Below, in pieces: positions 20,549-29,450 of a stretch of 64,000 bases of DNA. The stretch comes from Longimicrobiales bacterium (GTDB taxonomy: Bacteria > Gemmatimonadota > Gemmatimonadetes > Longimicrobiales > Gaopeijiaceae). Every line of letters begins with the position of its first letter. Positions within the stretch are counted from its first letter, which is position 1. Under the pieces are notes generated by a model that was given only the letters and a program-made list of their open reading frames with translations, was not told the DNA's origin and did not search any database. Both the position numbers and the translations under genes were made by a program. Location of the stretch: positions 29,284 through 93,283 of the forward strand of contig JAQWPM010000002.1 of assembly GCA_029245345.1 (NCBI GenBank), read 5' to 3'.

Positions 20549-20796
20549 GAAGTGGGAGCGCCGTCCTGACGCTGCGGGTTCGATTCGCGAATTCTTGACC
20601 GGAGCATTGACCGACGTTTCGCCGGGCCGACACATGCTCAGGATTGTCATTGACGTCCATTAAATCGGTGTCGTCGTGGTCTCTGAACGTGATCTGGATC
20701 GACGGGAAGAGCTTTAGACGAAGCGACGTTCGCGTAGTGATTTCGACGAGGGCTCGGGGCGTACCGCCGCGGGCTCTCCTTCGATAGCTTCGCCGG

Positions 20797-22017
20797 ATGA
20801 AGACGACAATCACCGACCTCGACCCTGCTGCACTGTCAGGGCGCAACGTGCTCGTCCGCTCGGATCTCAACGTCCCCATGGAGTCCGGGGCGATCGCGGA
20901 CGATCAGCGTATCCAAGCCTCGCTCCCCACGCTCCAGCTGCTTCGTGACGCGGGAGCCAGGATCGTGGTGTTGTCCCACTTGGGAAGGCCCAAGGGAGTC
21001 CCGAACCCGGAGTTCTCGCTTGCAGTTGTCTCGGAGCGGTTGTCGGAGCTGCTCAAAACACCGGTTCACTTCGTGTCTGATCCGATCGGCGAGGGCGGGG
21101 AATCGATTGTGGACGAGCTCAGAGCTGGAGAGGTCGCTCTGCTTGAGAACACCCGCTTCTTCCCGGGTGACACGGCGAATGAGGCAGAGTTGGCCACCAG
21201 ATGGGCAGGACTAGGCGACCTCTTCGTGAATGATGCGTTCGGTGCCGCGCATCGTGCTCACGCCTCGACCGCCGGACTCGCCAGCAAGGTTCGGGCGAGG
21301 GGCGGTATCGCCGTCGCGGGGTTACTGATGGCCAAGGAACTCCGCTTCCTCGGGGAGGCTCTCAGGAATCCGGAGCGGCCGTTCGTGGCCATTCTCGGAG
21401 GCGCAAAGATCTCAGGTAAAATCGACGTTGTGTCGGCGCTTCTGCCGAAGGTCGATCATCTTCTGATCGGTGGCGCGATGGCCAACACGTTCTTTCGAGC
21501 GCTTGGGCACGATACCGGTGGGTCGCTGGTCGAGCCGGACCGCATCGACATGGCACGGGAACTCATTGAGCGAGCCGGAGAGAAGTTGGTGCTGCCGGTA
21601 GATGCGGTGGTTACAGATCGAATCGAAAAGGGTGCCGCGACTCGAGTCGTTACCTTGGACGCCGTCGCGGACGGTGACATCATCATTGATGTTGGTCCGG
21701 AGACCGTAGCGTTGTTCACGGGACTCATTGGGAGTGCGCAGACGGTCGTCTGGAACGGCCCAATGGGGGTCTTCGAGATCCCAGCCTTCGCGCGGGGCAC
21801 GATCCAGGTAGCGAAGGCCTTGGCAGACGTGTGCGACCGGGGTGCGATAGGTATCACTGGAGGAGGGGACTCTGCCGCCGCTGCGGAAGAAGCAGGAGTG
21901 GCCCATCGTCTCACCCACGTTTCGACCGGCGGTGGTGCGTCTTTGGAGTTGTTGGCTGGGCGCGCGCTGCCGGGCGTAGAATCGCTGAATGACAAGGACG
22001 ATGTCGAATGGCCGTAA
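20797..22017 (+). CDS. pgk: Phosphoglycerate kinase
   Basis: VLVRSDLNVP, SHLGRPKG, and the FVNDAFGAAHRAHAST and STGGGASLE blocks. Confidence 0.93.
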   Translation: MKTTITDLDPAALSGRNVLVRSDLNVPMESGAIADDQRIQASLPTLQLLRDAGARIVVLSHLGRPKGVPNPEFSLAVVSERLSELLKTPVHFVSDPIGEGGESIVDELRAGEVALLENTRFFPGDTANEAELATRWAGLGDLFVNDAFGAAHRAHASTAGLASKVRARGGIAVAGLLMAKELRFLGEALRNPERPFVAILGGAKISGKIDVVSALLPKVDHLLIGGAMANTFFRALGHDTGGSLVEPDRIDMARELIERAGEKLVLPVDAVVTDRIEKGAATRVVTLDAVADGDIIIDVGPETVALFTGLIGSAQTVVWNGPMGVFEIPAFARGTIQVAKALADVCDRGAIGITGGGDSAAAAEEAGVAHRLTHVSTGGGASLELLAGRALPGVESLNDKDDVEWP

Positions 22018-22757
22018 TCGCTGGAAATTGGAAAATGCACATGACGCCGCGGGAGACCGAGGCTTTCTTTACCGCCCTCGACTTGACCGAGGTCGTGGCC
22101 CACAACGAATTCATCATCTTCCCGCCGGTGGCCTCCTTGGCTGTTGCCGCAGCGTGCGGGGCCCGCGACCCGAGGATCCAACTGGGCATCCAGAACATGC
22201 ACTGGGAGGAACAGGGCGCGTTTACGGGGGAGACATCGGGACAGATCGCGGTTGAGGCCGGCGCGAGCTTCGCACTCATCGGCCATTCCGAGCGGAGACA
22301 CGTGTTCGGTGAGACCGACGCTCAGGTCGCGCTTAAGGTGGTTGCCGCGAGGCGCGATGGATTGATTCCGGTCATCTGCGTAGGAGAGACGCTTGAAGAG
22401 CGCAGAGCCGGGCGGGTAGATGAGGTGATTCTGCGGCAGCTAGCTGCCGCAGTGCAGGCGCTCAAGGGAGGTGAAGGGCGCTTTCTGGTCGCGTATGAGC
22501 CCGTGTGGGCGATCGGTACTGGCGAAACGGCGACCCCGGAAGACGCCGCAGCGGCTCATGCGACACTGCGGGCGGAACTGGAAAGCACCATTGGCATCGC
22601 TGCGGCTCTGCGCACTCCGCTGCTCTACGGAGGCTCTGTTAACGCCGCCAATGCTGCAGATCTGTTGGCGGCCGCTGAGGTCGATGGGGTTCTCGTCGGG
22701 GGTGCCAGCTTGGATGCCATGTCGTTCACGGGAATCGCTGCTGCGGGCGCTGGATAA
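22008..22757 (+). CDS. tpiA: Triosephosphate isomerase
   Basis: AGNWKMH, IGHSERR, AYEPVWAIGTG and YGGSV motifs. It overlaps the pgk stop by 10 nt. Confidence 0.92.
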   Translation: MAVIAGNWKMHMTPRETEAFFTALDLTEVVAHNEFIIFPPVASLAVAAACGARDPRIQLGIQNMHWEEQGAFTGETSGQIAVEAGASFALIGHSERRHVFGETDAQVALKVVAARRDGLIPVICVGETLEERRAGRVDEVILRQLAAAVQALKGGEGRFLVAYEPVWAIGTGETATPEDAAAAHATLRAELESTIGIAAALRTPLLYGGSVNAANAADLLAAAEVDGVLVGGASLDAMSFTGIAAAGAG

Positions 22758-22825
22758 GCCCCGTTGACACTCTAGGAAGGCTCATCGACGTTTAGCGTCT
22801 CACTTTGACGGGAAAATTCAGTCAG

Positions 22826-23194
22826 ATGTACGGATTCTTGCTCGCCGCCCTCGTTCTGGACGGCATCTTCATGACGGTCGTGATCCTGCTCCAGTCGGGT
22901 AAAGGCGGAGGCCTCGCAGCTGTAGGCGGTGGTGGTGGTGGTGCCGGGATGACCGAGGGTGTCCTCGGTGGTCGCCAGGCTGCCACGGTGCTTACGCGTT
23001 CCACCTGGATCGCGGGGACGATCTTTATGGTGCTCGCACTCGTGCTGTCGATCATGTCGTCTCGCGCCCAGGCGCCGACGTCTGTCATTCAGGTGACAGC
23101 TCCTGCATCCGCTCCGGCTCCTGTCCTTCCCGGACTCGGTGACCAGCCTGTGGGTGATCCAGCCGCTACAGATCCCGGAAACGCCGGCAACTAA
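22826..23194 (+). CDS. secG: Preprotein translocase subunit SecG with Pro/Ala-rich C-terminal tail
   Basis: Two hydrophobic helices flank LLQSGKGGGLAAVGGGG. It sits in the canonical gap-pgk-tpiA-secG position. ATG 22826 is preferred over TTG 22805. Confidence 0.8.
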   Translation: MYGFLLAALVLDGIFMTVVILLQSGKGGGLAAVGGGGGGAGMTEGVLGGRQAATVLTRSTWIAGTIFMVLALVLSIMSSRAQAPTSVIQVTAPASAPAPVLPGLGDQPVGDPAATDPGNAGN

Positions 23195-23234
23195 CGGCCG
23201 CCCGGCCCGGACGAACTCTTCGACCCCGTGAGCC

Positions 23235-24284
23235 GTGTCTGAATCCTTCCCCGTCGGGCTCGACCGAAATGGTCTGCTCGCTCTGTATCGCGCCCTAAGA
23301 CTCACGCGCGCCGCAGAAGAACGCCTTGAAATCCTGCAGAAGCAGGGCCACGTGACTGGCGGACTTTACCGTTCGCTTGGTCAGGAAGCCGGATCTGTTG
23401 GTGCGGCATACGCCCTGTCGCGACGGGACGACGGGACAGGCGACTTTCTAGCGCAAACAGTTCGAGCCGCCGGTGCGCTCTTCCTGTTCGGTGGTGAACT
23501 CGTTGATTTTTTCCGGCAATACATGGCACGCGCCACGAGCCCGACCAAGGGGCGCGAGGCGAACGTACACTGGGTCGACTATGCGAAGGGCTTCGTGGGC
23601 CCCGTGTCTCCCCTCGGCACGATGCTCGAGGTCATGGCCGGAATCACGCTCTCGTTCAAGCTACGGGGGGAACAACGCGTCGGAATGGTCTTCTACGGCG
23701 ACGGTGCTTCCTCAACCGGGGCCTGGCATGAGGGATTGAACTTCGCAGCGGTTCAGCGGTGTCCTCTGATTCTCATGGTCGAGGCGAACCAGTTTGCGTT
23801 CTCCTCTCCAACCTCGACGAACACCCGGGTTGAGAGCTTCGTCGAAAAGGCTCCTGGGTACGGAATCGGGGCCGAATCAGTCGACGGGACCGATGTCATC
23901 GCAGTGTATGAAGCTGTCTCTCGGTCCGCCGAGCGCGCGCGAGCCGGAGAGGGCACGCAGATGGTGGAACTCCGGTACTTCCGTCGCTTGGGGCACGCGC
24001 AGCACGATAGCCAAGAGTATGTGGACCCGGCTTTGATTTCTGAGTGGGCGAAGAAGGACCCGATCGATTGCTTCCAGGCACGCATACTCGAGAACGGTTG
24101 GGCTGCCGCAGACGAGCTCGACGCGATTCGCGTCGAGGTTGAAGCGGCCTGTCAGGCAGCAGCTGAGCAGGCGATCGGCGAGCCCCTTCCGGAAGGACCC
24201 GACGCCGTCGATGATGTCTATACGGATGTTGTGACCCCACACCCCTGGACTCGGAGCGCGAGCTCCGACTCCAGGCTCGCTTGA
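23235..24284 (+). CDS. 2-oxoacid dehydrogenase E1 component, alpha subunit (TPP-binding)
   Basis: TPP-binding block YGDGASSTGAWHEGLNFAA and the YRRLGH-type block FRRLGHAQHD; 349 aa. Confidence 0.88.
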   Translation: MSESFPVGLDRNGLLALYRALRLTRAAEERLEILQKQGHVTGGLYRSLGQEAGSVGAAYALSRRDDGTGDFLAQTVRAAGALFLFGGELVDFFRQYMARATSPTKGREANVHWVDYAKGFVGPVSPLGTMLEVMAGITLSFKLRGEQRVGMVFYGDGASSTGAWHEGLNFAAVQRCPLILMVEANQFAFSSPTSTNTRVESFVEKAPGYGIGAESVDGTDVIAVYEAVSRSAERARAGEGTQMVELRYFRRLGHAQHDSQEYVDPALISEWAKKDPIDCFQARILENGWAAADELDAIRVEVEAACQAAAEQAIGEPLPEGPDAVDDVYTDVVTPHPWTRSASSDSRLA

Positions 24285-24292
24285 GGAGCCGC

Positions 24293-25315
24293 ATGGACCA
24301 GTCTGTACCCGAGCACTTGCTGAAGACCCGACGACGTGAGCCTGTGACGATGCTCGAGGCCCTGAGCGAGGGGATCTTCGAGGAGATGGTGCGGGACGAC
24401 CAAGTGTTTCTCATGGGTGAGGACATCGGGGCGTATGGGGGGGCCTTCAAGGTGACCCGTGGCTTCCTGGATCATTTTGGTGAACAACGTGTGATTGATA
24501 CGCCGATTGCCGAGGGTGGCTTTACGGGAGCAGCTGCGGGCGCAGCGCACATGGGTCTGAGGCCCGTGGTGGAGATCCAGTTCATGGATTTCATCTCGCC
24601 GGCCTACGACGTGATCACCAATTACATCGCGACATCGCTTTACCGAGGAGCGGGGCCGATGCCACTCGTGATCCGGGGGCCGGTCGGCGGCGGGAATCGT
24701 GGCGGCCCGTTCCATTCGCAGAATGTGGAAATGGCGTTCTTTCATACGCCGGGTCTCAAGATCGTGTACCCCAGTACGGCGTATGACGCGAAGGGACTCA
24801 TCAAGTCCGCGATACGCGACGACAATCCGGTCCTCTTCGAGGAGCATAAGGGTCTCTACCGGGCCCCCGCGCTGCGGGAAGTGCTCCCTGATGAAGACTA
24901 CGTTGTGCCGCTGGGGAAGGCGCGTACCGTCCGTGAGGGGAAGGATCTAACGATCGTGACCTACGGAGCGATGGTCCACAAATCAGTCGAAGCCGCCGAG
25001 ACTCTTTCGGATGAAGGGGTCAGCGTAGAGGTCATCGACCTGCGGACGCTCCTCCCGATGGACGAAGAGGCGATTATCGACTCCGTGAAGCGCACAGGTA
25101 AGCTCCTCGTTGTACACGAGGACACGCGCACCGGTGGGATCGCGGGTGAGATCGCGATGCGCGTCAGCGAGCAGGCGTTCGAATGGTTGGACGGGCCCAT
25201 GCTAAGGGTGACCGCGATCGATGCTCCTGTACCGTATTCGGGCTCGCTGGAAGACTACTTCTTGCCCCAGACCGACGATGTTCTCAAGGCAGCCCGTTAT
25301 CTTGCTGGCTACTAG
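24293..25315 (+). CDS. 2-oxoacid dehydrogenase E1 component, beta subunit
   Basis: Transketolase-like blocks MGEDIGAYGGAFKVTRGF and DTPIAEGGFTGAA, plus the C-terminal domain block VIDLRTLLPMD. ATG 24293 lies 4 codons inside the TTG-initiated ORF. Confidence 0.88.
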   Translation: MDQSVPEHLLKTRRREPVTMLEALSEGIFEEMVRDDQVFLMGEDIGAYGGAFKVTRGFLDHFGEQRVIDTPIAEGGFTGAAAGAAHMGLRPVVEIQFMDFISPAYDVITNYIATSLYRGAGPMPLVIRGPVGGGNRGGPFHSQNVEMAFFHTPGLKIVYPSTAYDAKGLIKSAIRDDNPVLFEEHKGLYRAPALREVLPDEDYVVPLGKARTVREGKDLTIVTYGAMVHKSVEAAETLSDEGVSVEVIDLRTLLPMDEEAIIDSVKRTGKLLVVHEDTRTGGIAGEIAMRVSEQAFEWLDGPMLRVTAIDAPVPYSGSLEDYFLPQTDDVLKAARYLAGY

Positions 25316-25390
25316 GGCTGCCGCGAGGTTTCCCGTTGCGCCATGAGAACTGGCACATAGCAGATAACGATCAAAGTGGAGTGACCGAGC

Positions 25391-26749
25391 GTGGCTCGTA
25401 TTGAAGTTCCGATGCCCCAGATGGGCGAGTCCATTGCCGAGGGCACAGTTTCTCAGTGGATGAAACAAGTCGGCGACGCCGTCGAACGTGACGAGCCGAT
25501 CTTGGAGATCTCGACCGACAAGGTTGATGCAGAGATCCCGGCGCCTTCGTCCGGCACCCTCGTTGAGATTGTTGTCCCGGAAGGCGAGACCGTCGAAGTC
25601 GGCACGATCGTCGCCTACATCGAGACCGAGGCTGGCGCGGCCGTCGCCGCACCTGCGGCTGCTGCTGCGGAGGCCCCCGCGGCCGAAGCACCTGCAGCAC
25701 GGACTGCGCCTCCAGTAGCAGCTCCTGTGGTCGAGACCCCTGCGGCAAGCGGTGGCGATCAGAGCGCTGAAGAGCGCCTCAGGACTCGATCCACTCCCGT
25801 CGTGCGGAAGATCGCCGAAGAGCATGGGATCGACATCGTGAGTGTGTCTGGGTCAGGCCACGCGGGCCGCGTGACCAAGCAAGATATTCTGGACTTCATC
25901 GAGTCAGGGGCTTCCGCGCCTCCTGCGGTTCCCGCGGCTCCTGCGCCTGCGGCGCCAGCCGCACCCGTGGCTCCCTCGGCTGCGCCGTCTGACCTGTGGA
26001 AGCAGTTCTACGGGGAGGTAAAGCACCCGGAGTACCCAGTGCGCGCGGCGGACCGGGTCGAAGGCATGGACCGCATGCGCCGCCTCACGGCAGAGCACAT
26101 GGTTCTCGCCAAGCGGGTGACCCCGCATGTGCATTCGTTCATCGAGATCGACTTCTCTTCGATCGATCGCATCAGGGCTGCCAACAAGGCACGCTGGGCA
26201 GCTCAGGGTGCAAGAGTCAGCTACACTGCATTCGTGGCTTGGGCTGTTTCTCGTGTCCTGCGCGAATTCCCGATGGTCAACTCGGCTGTGTCCGGAAACA
26301 ACGTGATCTTCCGGGGCAACGTGAACCTCGGCATGGCCGTCGACTTGAATCCCGGCCTGATCGTTCCGGTTGTCCACGACGCGGACCACCTTGGACTCAT
26401 CGGAGTCGGCAACAAGATCGTGGACGTGGCAACGCGTGCACGTGACAAGAAGCTCATGCCTGATGAAATCCAGGGGGCCACCTTCACGATTACCAACCCA
26501 GGTGTCCTAGGCACCCTGGTTGGATTGCCGGTGATTCCTAAGGGCACCTCCGCGATTCTGGGCACAGGTGCGATCGAAAAGAAGGTCGTCGTTGTGACCG
26601 ATCCAGAGACGGGCGCCGATGTGATGGCGATTCGTAAGCGGTCGCTTTTCTCGCTGGGTTACGATCACCGAATCGTGGACGGCGCCGACGCTGCCCGCTT
26701 CCTGGCAGCGTTGAAGGTGATGCTCGAGGATTTCCCAGAGGACGCGTGA
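25391..26749 (+). CDS. Dihydrolipoamide acyltransferase (E2 component)
   Basis: Lipoyl domain with EISTDKVDAEIP, Ala/Pro linkers, an E3-binding domain (TPVVRKIAEEHGIDI..GSGHAGRVTKQDI) and the catalytic motif DHRIVDGA. Confidence 0.9.
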   Translation: MARIEVPMPQMGESIAEGTVSQWMKQVGDAVERDEPILEISTDKVDAEIPAPSSGTLVEIVVPEGETVEVGTIVAYIETEAGAAVAAPAAAAAEAPAAEAPAARTAPPVAAPVVETPAASGGDQSAEERLRTRSTPVVRKIAEEHGIDIVSVSGSGHAGRVTKQDILDFIESGASAPPAVPAAPAPAAPAAPVAPSAAPSDLWKQFYGEVKHPEYPVRAADRVEGMDRMRRLTAEHMVLAKRVTPHVHSFIEIDFSSIDRIRAANKARWAAQGARVSYTAFVAWAVSRVLREFPMVNSAVSGNNVIFRGNVNLGMAVDLNPGLIVPVVHDADHLGLIGVGNKIVDVATRARDKKLMPDEIQGATFTITNPGVLGTLVGLPVIPKGTSAILGTGAIEKKVVVVTDPETGADVMAIRKRSLFSLGYDHRIVDGADAARFLAALKVMLEDFPEDA

Positions 26750-26759
26750 TCTCGGGAAG

Positions 26760-27413
26760 GTGAGGCCGCTCGACGTTAGGCGCCTCGGTGTCGTGTCCTA
26801 TGCGGACGGGCTCGACCTCCAAGCTGAATTGGTGGTCGCCCGTCGAGCGGGCGATATCCCAGATACGCTTCTTCTTCTCGAGCATCCACACGTCATCACG
26901 CTCGGCTCTGGGTCACGACATGAGCACGTCCTGGCGGATGCTGACGAGCGCGCGGCGCGGGGAATCGAGCTGTTCGAGACGGGCAGGGGTGGAGATGTGA
27001 CCTATCACGGGCCTGGCCAGCTCGTGGCGTATCCCGTTTTGGACCTCAAGCCAGACCGGAAGGACCTTCATCGCTACCTGCGCGACCTGGAGTCGATGCT
27101 GATCCGTGTAGCGGGTGCGTTCACTATCGACGCCCTGCGAAGTGAAGGTCTGACCGGTGTGTGGACCGACGTCGGCAAACTCGCTGCGATCGGTGTGCGT
27201 GTGTCTTCAGGATGGATCACGTCCCACGGTGTGGCGCTCAACGTCTCGACGGACTTGGACTACTTCCAGACCATCGTGCCCTGTGGGATCGCGGATCGTG
27301 AGGTAACCTCGCTGGAGCGTGAGTTGGGGCGTTCAGTGCCGATGGATGAGGCCTCGGAAGCACTCGTAGAGGCGTTCTGTGGCGTGTTCGAACGAGAGGC
27401 TATTGTGGCCTAG
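26760..27413 (+). CDS. lipB: Octanoyltransferase (lipoyl(octanoyl) transferase)
   Basis: LEHPHVITLG, RGGDVTYHGPGQLVAYP and the KLAAIGVRV lysine block; 217 aa, directly after E2. Confidence 0.88.
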   Translation: MRPLDVRRLGVVSYADGLDLQAELVVARRAGDIPDTLLLLEHPHVITLGSGSRHEHVLADADERAARGIELFETGRGGDVTYHGPGQLVAYPVLDLKPDRKDLHRYLRDLESMLIRVAGAFTIDALRSEGLTGVWTDVGKLAAIGVRVSSGWITSHGVALNVSTDLDYFQTIVPCGIADREVTSLERELGRSVPMDEASEALVEAFCGVFEREAIVA

Positions 27414-27463
27414 CCAACAACATTGACGCTCGTGTCACGCACCGGGACCTCGGGTACCGCGGG

Positions 27464-28048
27464 CTAGCCCACCGGGTACCGATCCGCCGGAGCCTGAAAC
27501 TCCATGTACTCCATGAAGAGGCCTTTCTTTTCGCGCCGGCCGTCGAGCCATTCTTGAAAGCCGGATGCGACCAATCCACCGGAATCGGACTGATCCTTCG
27601 CGGCGGTGGTAGCCAGGAAATCCACGTATTCGTTCTCAGGGTGTCCGTCGTGGCCTCGTACCCAGCGGGCGCGGACGTCGTGATGCTGAATCGCCTGGTC
27701 TAGGATTTTCCACAGATCGAGGTTCTCGATGGGGCCGGCCTTTCTTTTCCATCCACGGGCCTTCCAGCCGGGCATCCACTCCATCATGCCTTTCACCAGA
27801 TACTGGCTGTCTGACACGAAGTGAACGATGCACCTCTTTTTGAGCATCCGGAGCGAGTCGATCGCGCTCCTAAGGGCCATCCGGTTGTTCGTCGTGTCGG
27901 GCTCGGAAAGCCAGTAGTCACGTCGTTCCCACACGCCGTCCTTGAAGACCTCGACCATCCCGCCAGCACCGCCCGGTTTGGCGGTCTTCAGGTTCTGGTT
28001 ACCGAGGCAGGATTCGTCCGCATGGATGTAGACGGGGACGGGGCTCAT
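27464..28048 (-). CDS. rnhA: Ribonuclease HI with ~40-aa C-terminal extension
   Basis: DEDD-type residues in IHADESCLGN, SEPDTTNNRMALRSA, VSDSQY and GHDGHPENEYVD. At 194 aa it is longer than the typical ~150 aa. Confidence 0.85.
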   Translation of the reverse strand: MSPVPVYIHADESCLGNQNLKTAKPGGAGGMVEVFKDGVWERRDYWLSEPDTTNNRMALRSAIDSLRMLKKRCIVHFVSDSQYLVKGMMEWMPGWKARGWKRKAGPIENLDLWKILDQAIQHHDVRARWVRGHDGHPENEYVDFLATTAAKDQSDSGGLVASGFQEWLDGRREKKGLFMEYMEFQAPADRYPVG

Positions 28049-28125
28049 TCGGGGCTCCTAAGGACTCGTTAGCGGCTCAAGCTAACCCAGCCAACATCGT
28101 GTTGGGAGACCGCCGAATCAAACGC

Positions 28126-28153
28126 TTGACCCCCGCACCCGCATGGGTAGCTT
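28126..28153 (+). promoter_or_regulatory. Candidate sigma70-type promoter for carA
   Basis: TTGACC (28126-28131), a 16-nt spacer, then TAGCTT (28148-28153). It lies ~45 nt upstream of the proposed carA start. Confidence 0.25.
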
Positions 28154-28195
28154 CCAGACGAATTAATCCCGCCGGATCACACCGGAGAGGCACCC

Positions 28196-29329
28196 CTGGA
28201 CAGAACGGCCTACCTACTGCTTGAAGACGGACGTCGCTTCGACGGTGACTTCTTCGGCGCTCATGAAGTCGCGCTCGGTGAGGTCGTGTTCAATACGTGC
28301 ATGACCGGGTACCAAGAGGTGCTCACCGATCCGTCCTACACGGGCCAGCTGGTGACGATGACGTACCCGCTCATCGGCAACTACGGTGCGAACTCTGAGG
28401 ACTGTGAATCCCCGACGCCGCGGGTGGCGGGCTTCATCGTCCGCGAGGCTTCCCGATTCGACTCCAATTGGCGCTCCGATATCGGCTTCGAAGCCTATCT
28501 CCGAGAGAACGGAATCACGGGGATCTCGGACTTGGACACGCGCGCGCTCACGCGGCACATCCGTTCCAAGGGCGCCATGCGTGGGGCGATCGCTCCAGCG
28601 GGGATGCCGGAAGCCGAAGTGCTCGAAAAGGTCCACGAGCATCCGCTCATGGAGGGACTCGATTTGGCTTGCGGTGTCTCCACGGATGTCGCGTACGAGG
28701 TGCCGGCTGTGGGCGAGGAACGCTTCCATGTGCTGGCGTACGATTTCGGAGTGAAGGCCCACTCGCCCAAGCTCCTCGCCGAGCGGGGCTGCCGCGTTAC
28801 GGTGATCCCTGCGGACACGCCTGCGGAAGAGATCCTTGCTGATCCGCCCGACGGAATGTTTGTCTCGAACGGACCCGGCGACCCGGCCGCAGTTGCAAAG
28901 GCTGAGGCGGCGATCCTCGGCTTGGCGAATGCCGACGTCCCGGTGTTCGGCATCTGCCTGGGGCATCAGCTCATCTGTCGCGCCTTTGGTGCAAACACGT
29001 TCAAGCTGCCCTTCGGGCACCATGGTGGGAACCACCCGGTGCGCAGTCTCGACCGCGGCATGGTCGAGATCACGTCACAAAACCACGGCTTCGCGGTCGA
29101 GGTAGGGGAGGACGGCGAAATCCCCGGTGCCCCCGACCTGAGACTCACGCACGTGAACCTGTACGACGGCACGGTCGAAGGCGTAGAACACCGCGCGCTG
29201 CCAGTCCTCTCGGTGCAGTACCATCCGGAGGCCGCGCCCGGCCCGCACGACAGTCGTTATCTCTTCGATAGTTTCTTGGCGCTCATGGAAGAGAGGCGTG
29301 TTGTACGCGCCGAATCGCCGACCGGTTAA
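28196..29329 (+). CDS. carA: Carbamoyl-phosphate synthase small (glutamine amidotransferase) subunit, probable CTG start
   Basis: GEVVFNTCMTGYQEVLTDPSY, and the GATase triad blocks GICLGHQL and VQYHPE. The conserved N-terminal AYLLLEDGRRFDG is encoded upstream of the first canonical start (GTG 28286). GGAGAGG lies 5 nt before CTG 28196. Confidence 0.85.
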   Translation: MDRTAYLLLEDGRRFDGDFFGAHEVALGEVVFNTCMTGYQEVLTDPSYTGQLVTMTYPLIGNYGANSEDCESPTPRVAGFIVREASRFDSNWRSDIGFEAYLRENGITGISDLDTRALTRHIRSKGAMRGAIAPAGMPEAEVLEKVHEHPLMEGLDLACGVSTDVAYEVPAVGEERFHVLAYDFGVKAHSPKLLAERGCRVTVIPADTPAEEILADPPDGMFVSNGPGDPAAVAKAEAAILGLANADVPVFGICLGHQLICRAFGANTFKLPFGHHGGNHPVRSLDRGMVEITSQNHGFAVEVGEDGEIPGAPDLRLTHVNLYDGTVEGVEHRALPVLSVQYHPEAAPGPHDSRYLFDSFLALMEERRVVRAESPTG

Positions 29330-29450
29330 GTCTGTCTCCCACAACGACTCTGACAACCTTGCGGCCTCAAAGGGGGCTCGTTACCCTGCCTCCTCCCCAG
29401 CCTAGAACGGCGGATCCACGGCCACCTGAGGAAGCTCCTTTGGAGGAAGT

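Noticed and set aside
21456-22301. 281-aa minus-strand ORF across pgk/tpiA (similar cases at 6592-7320 opposite pepA, 28214-29035 opposite carA, 17725-18387 and 18360-19034)
   Set aside because: All are antisense to well-supported genes and lack motifs. They are open only because stop codons are rare at this GC content.
22928-22942. (GGT)5 trinucleotide repeat in secG
   Set aside because: It is in-frame and encodes the normal Gly-rich loop of SecG. Length changes would not shift the frame, so it is not a credible switch.
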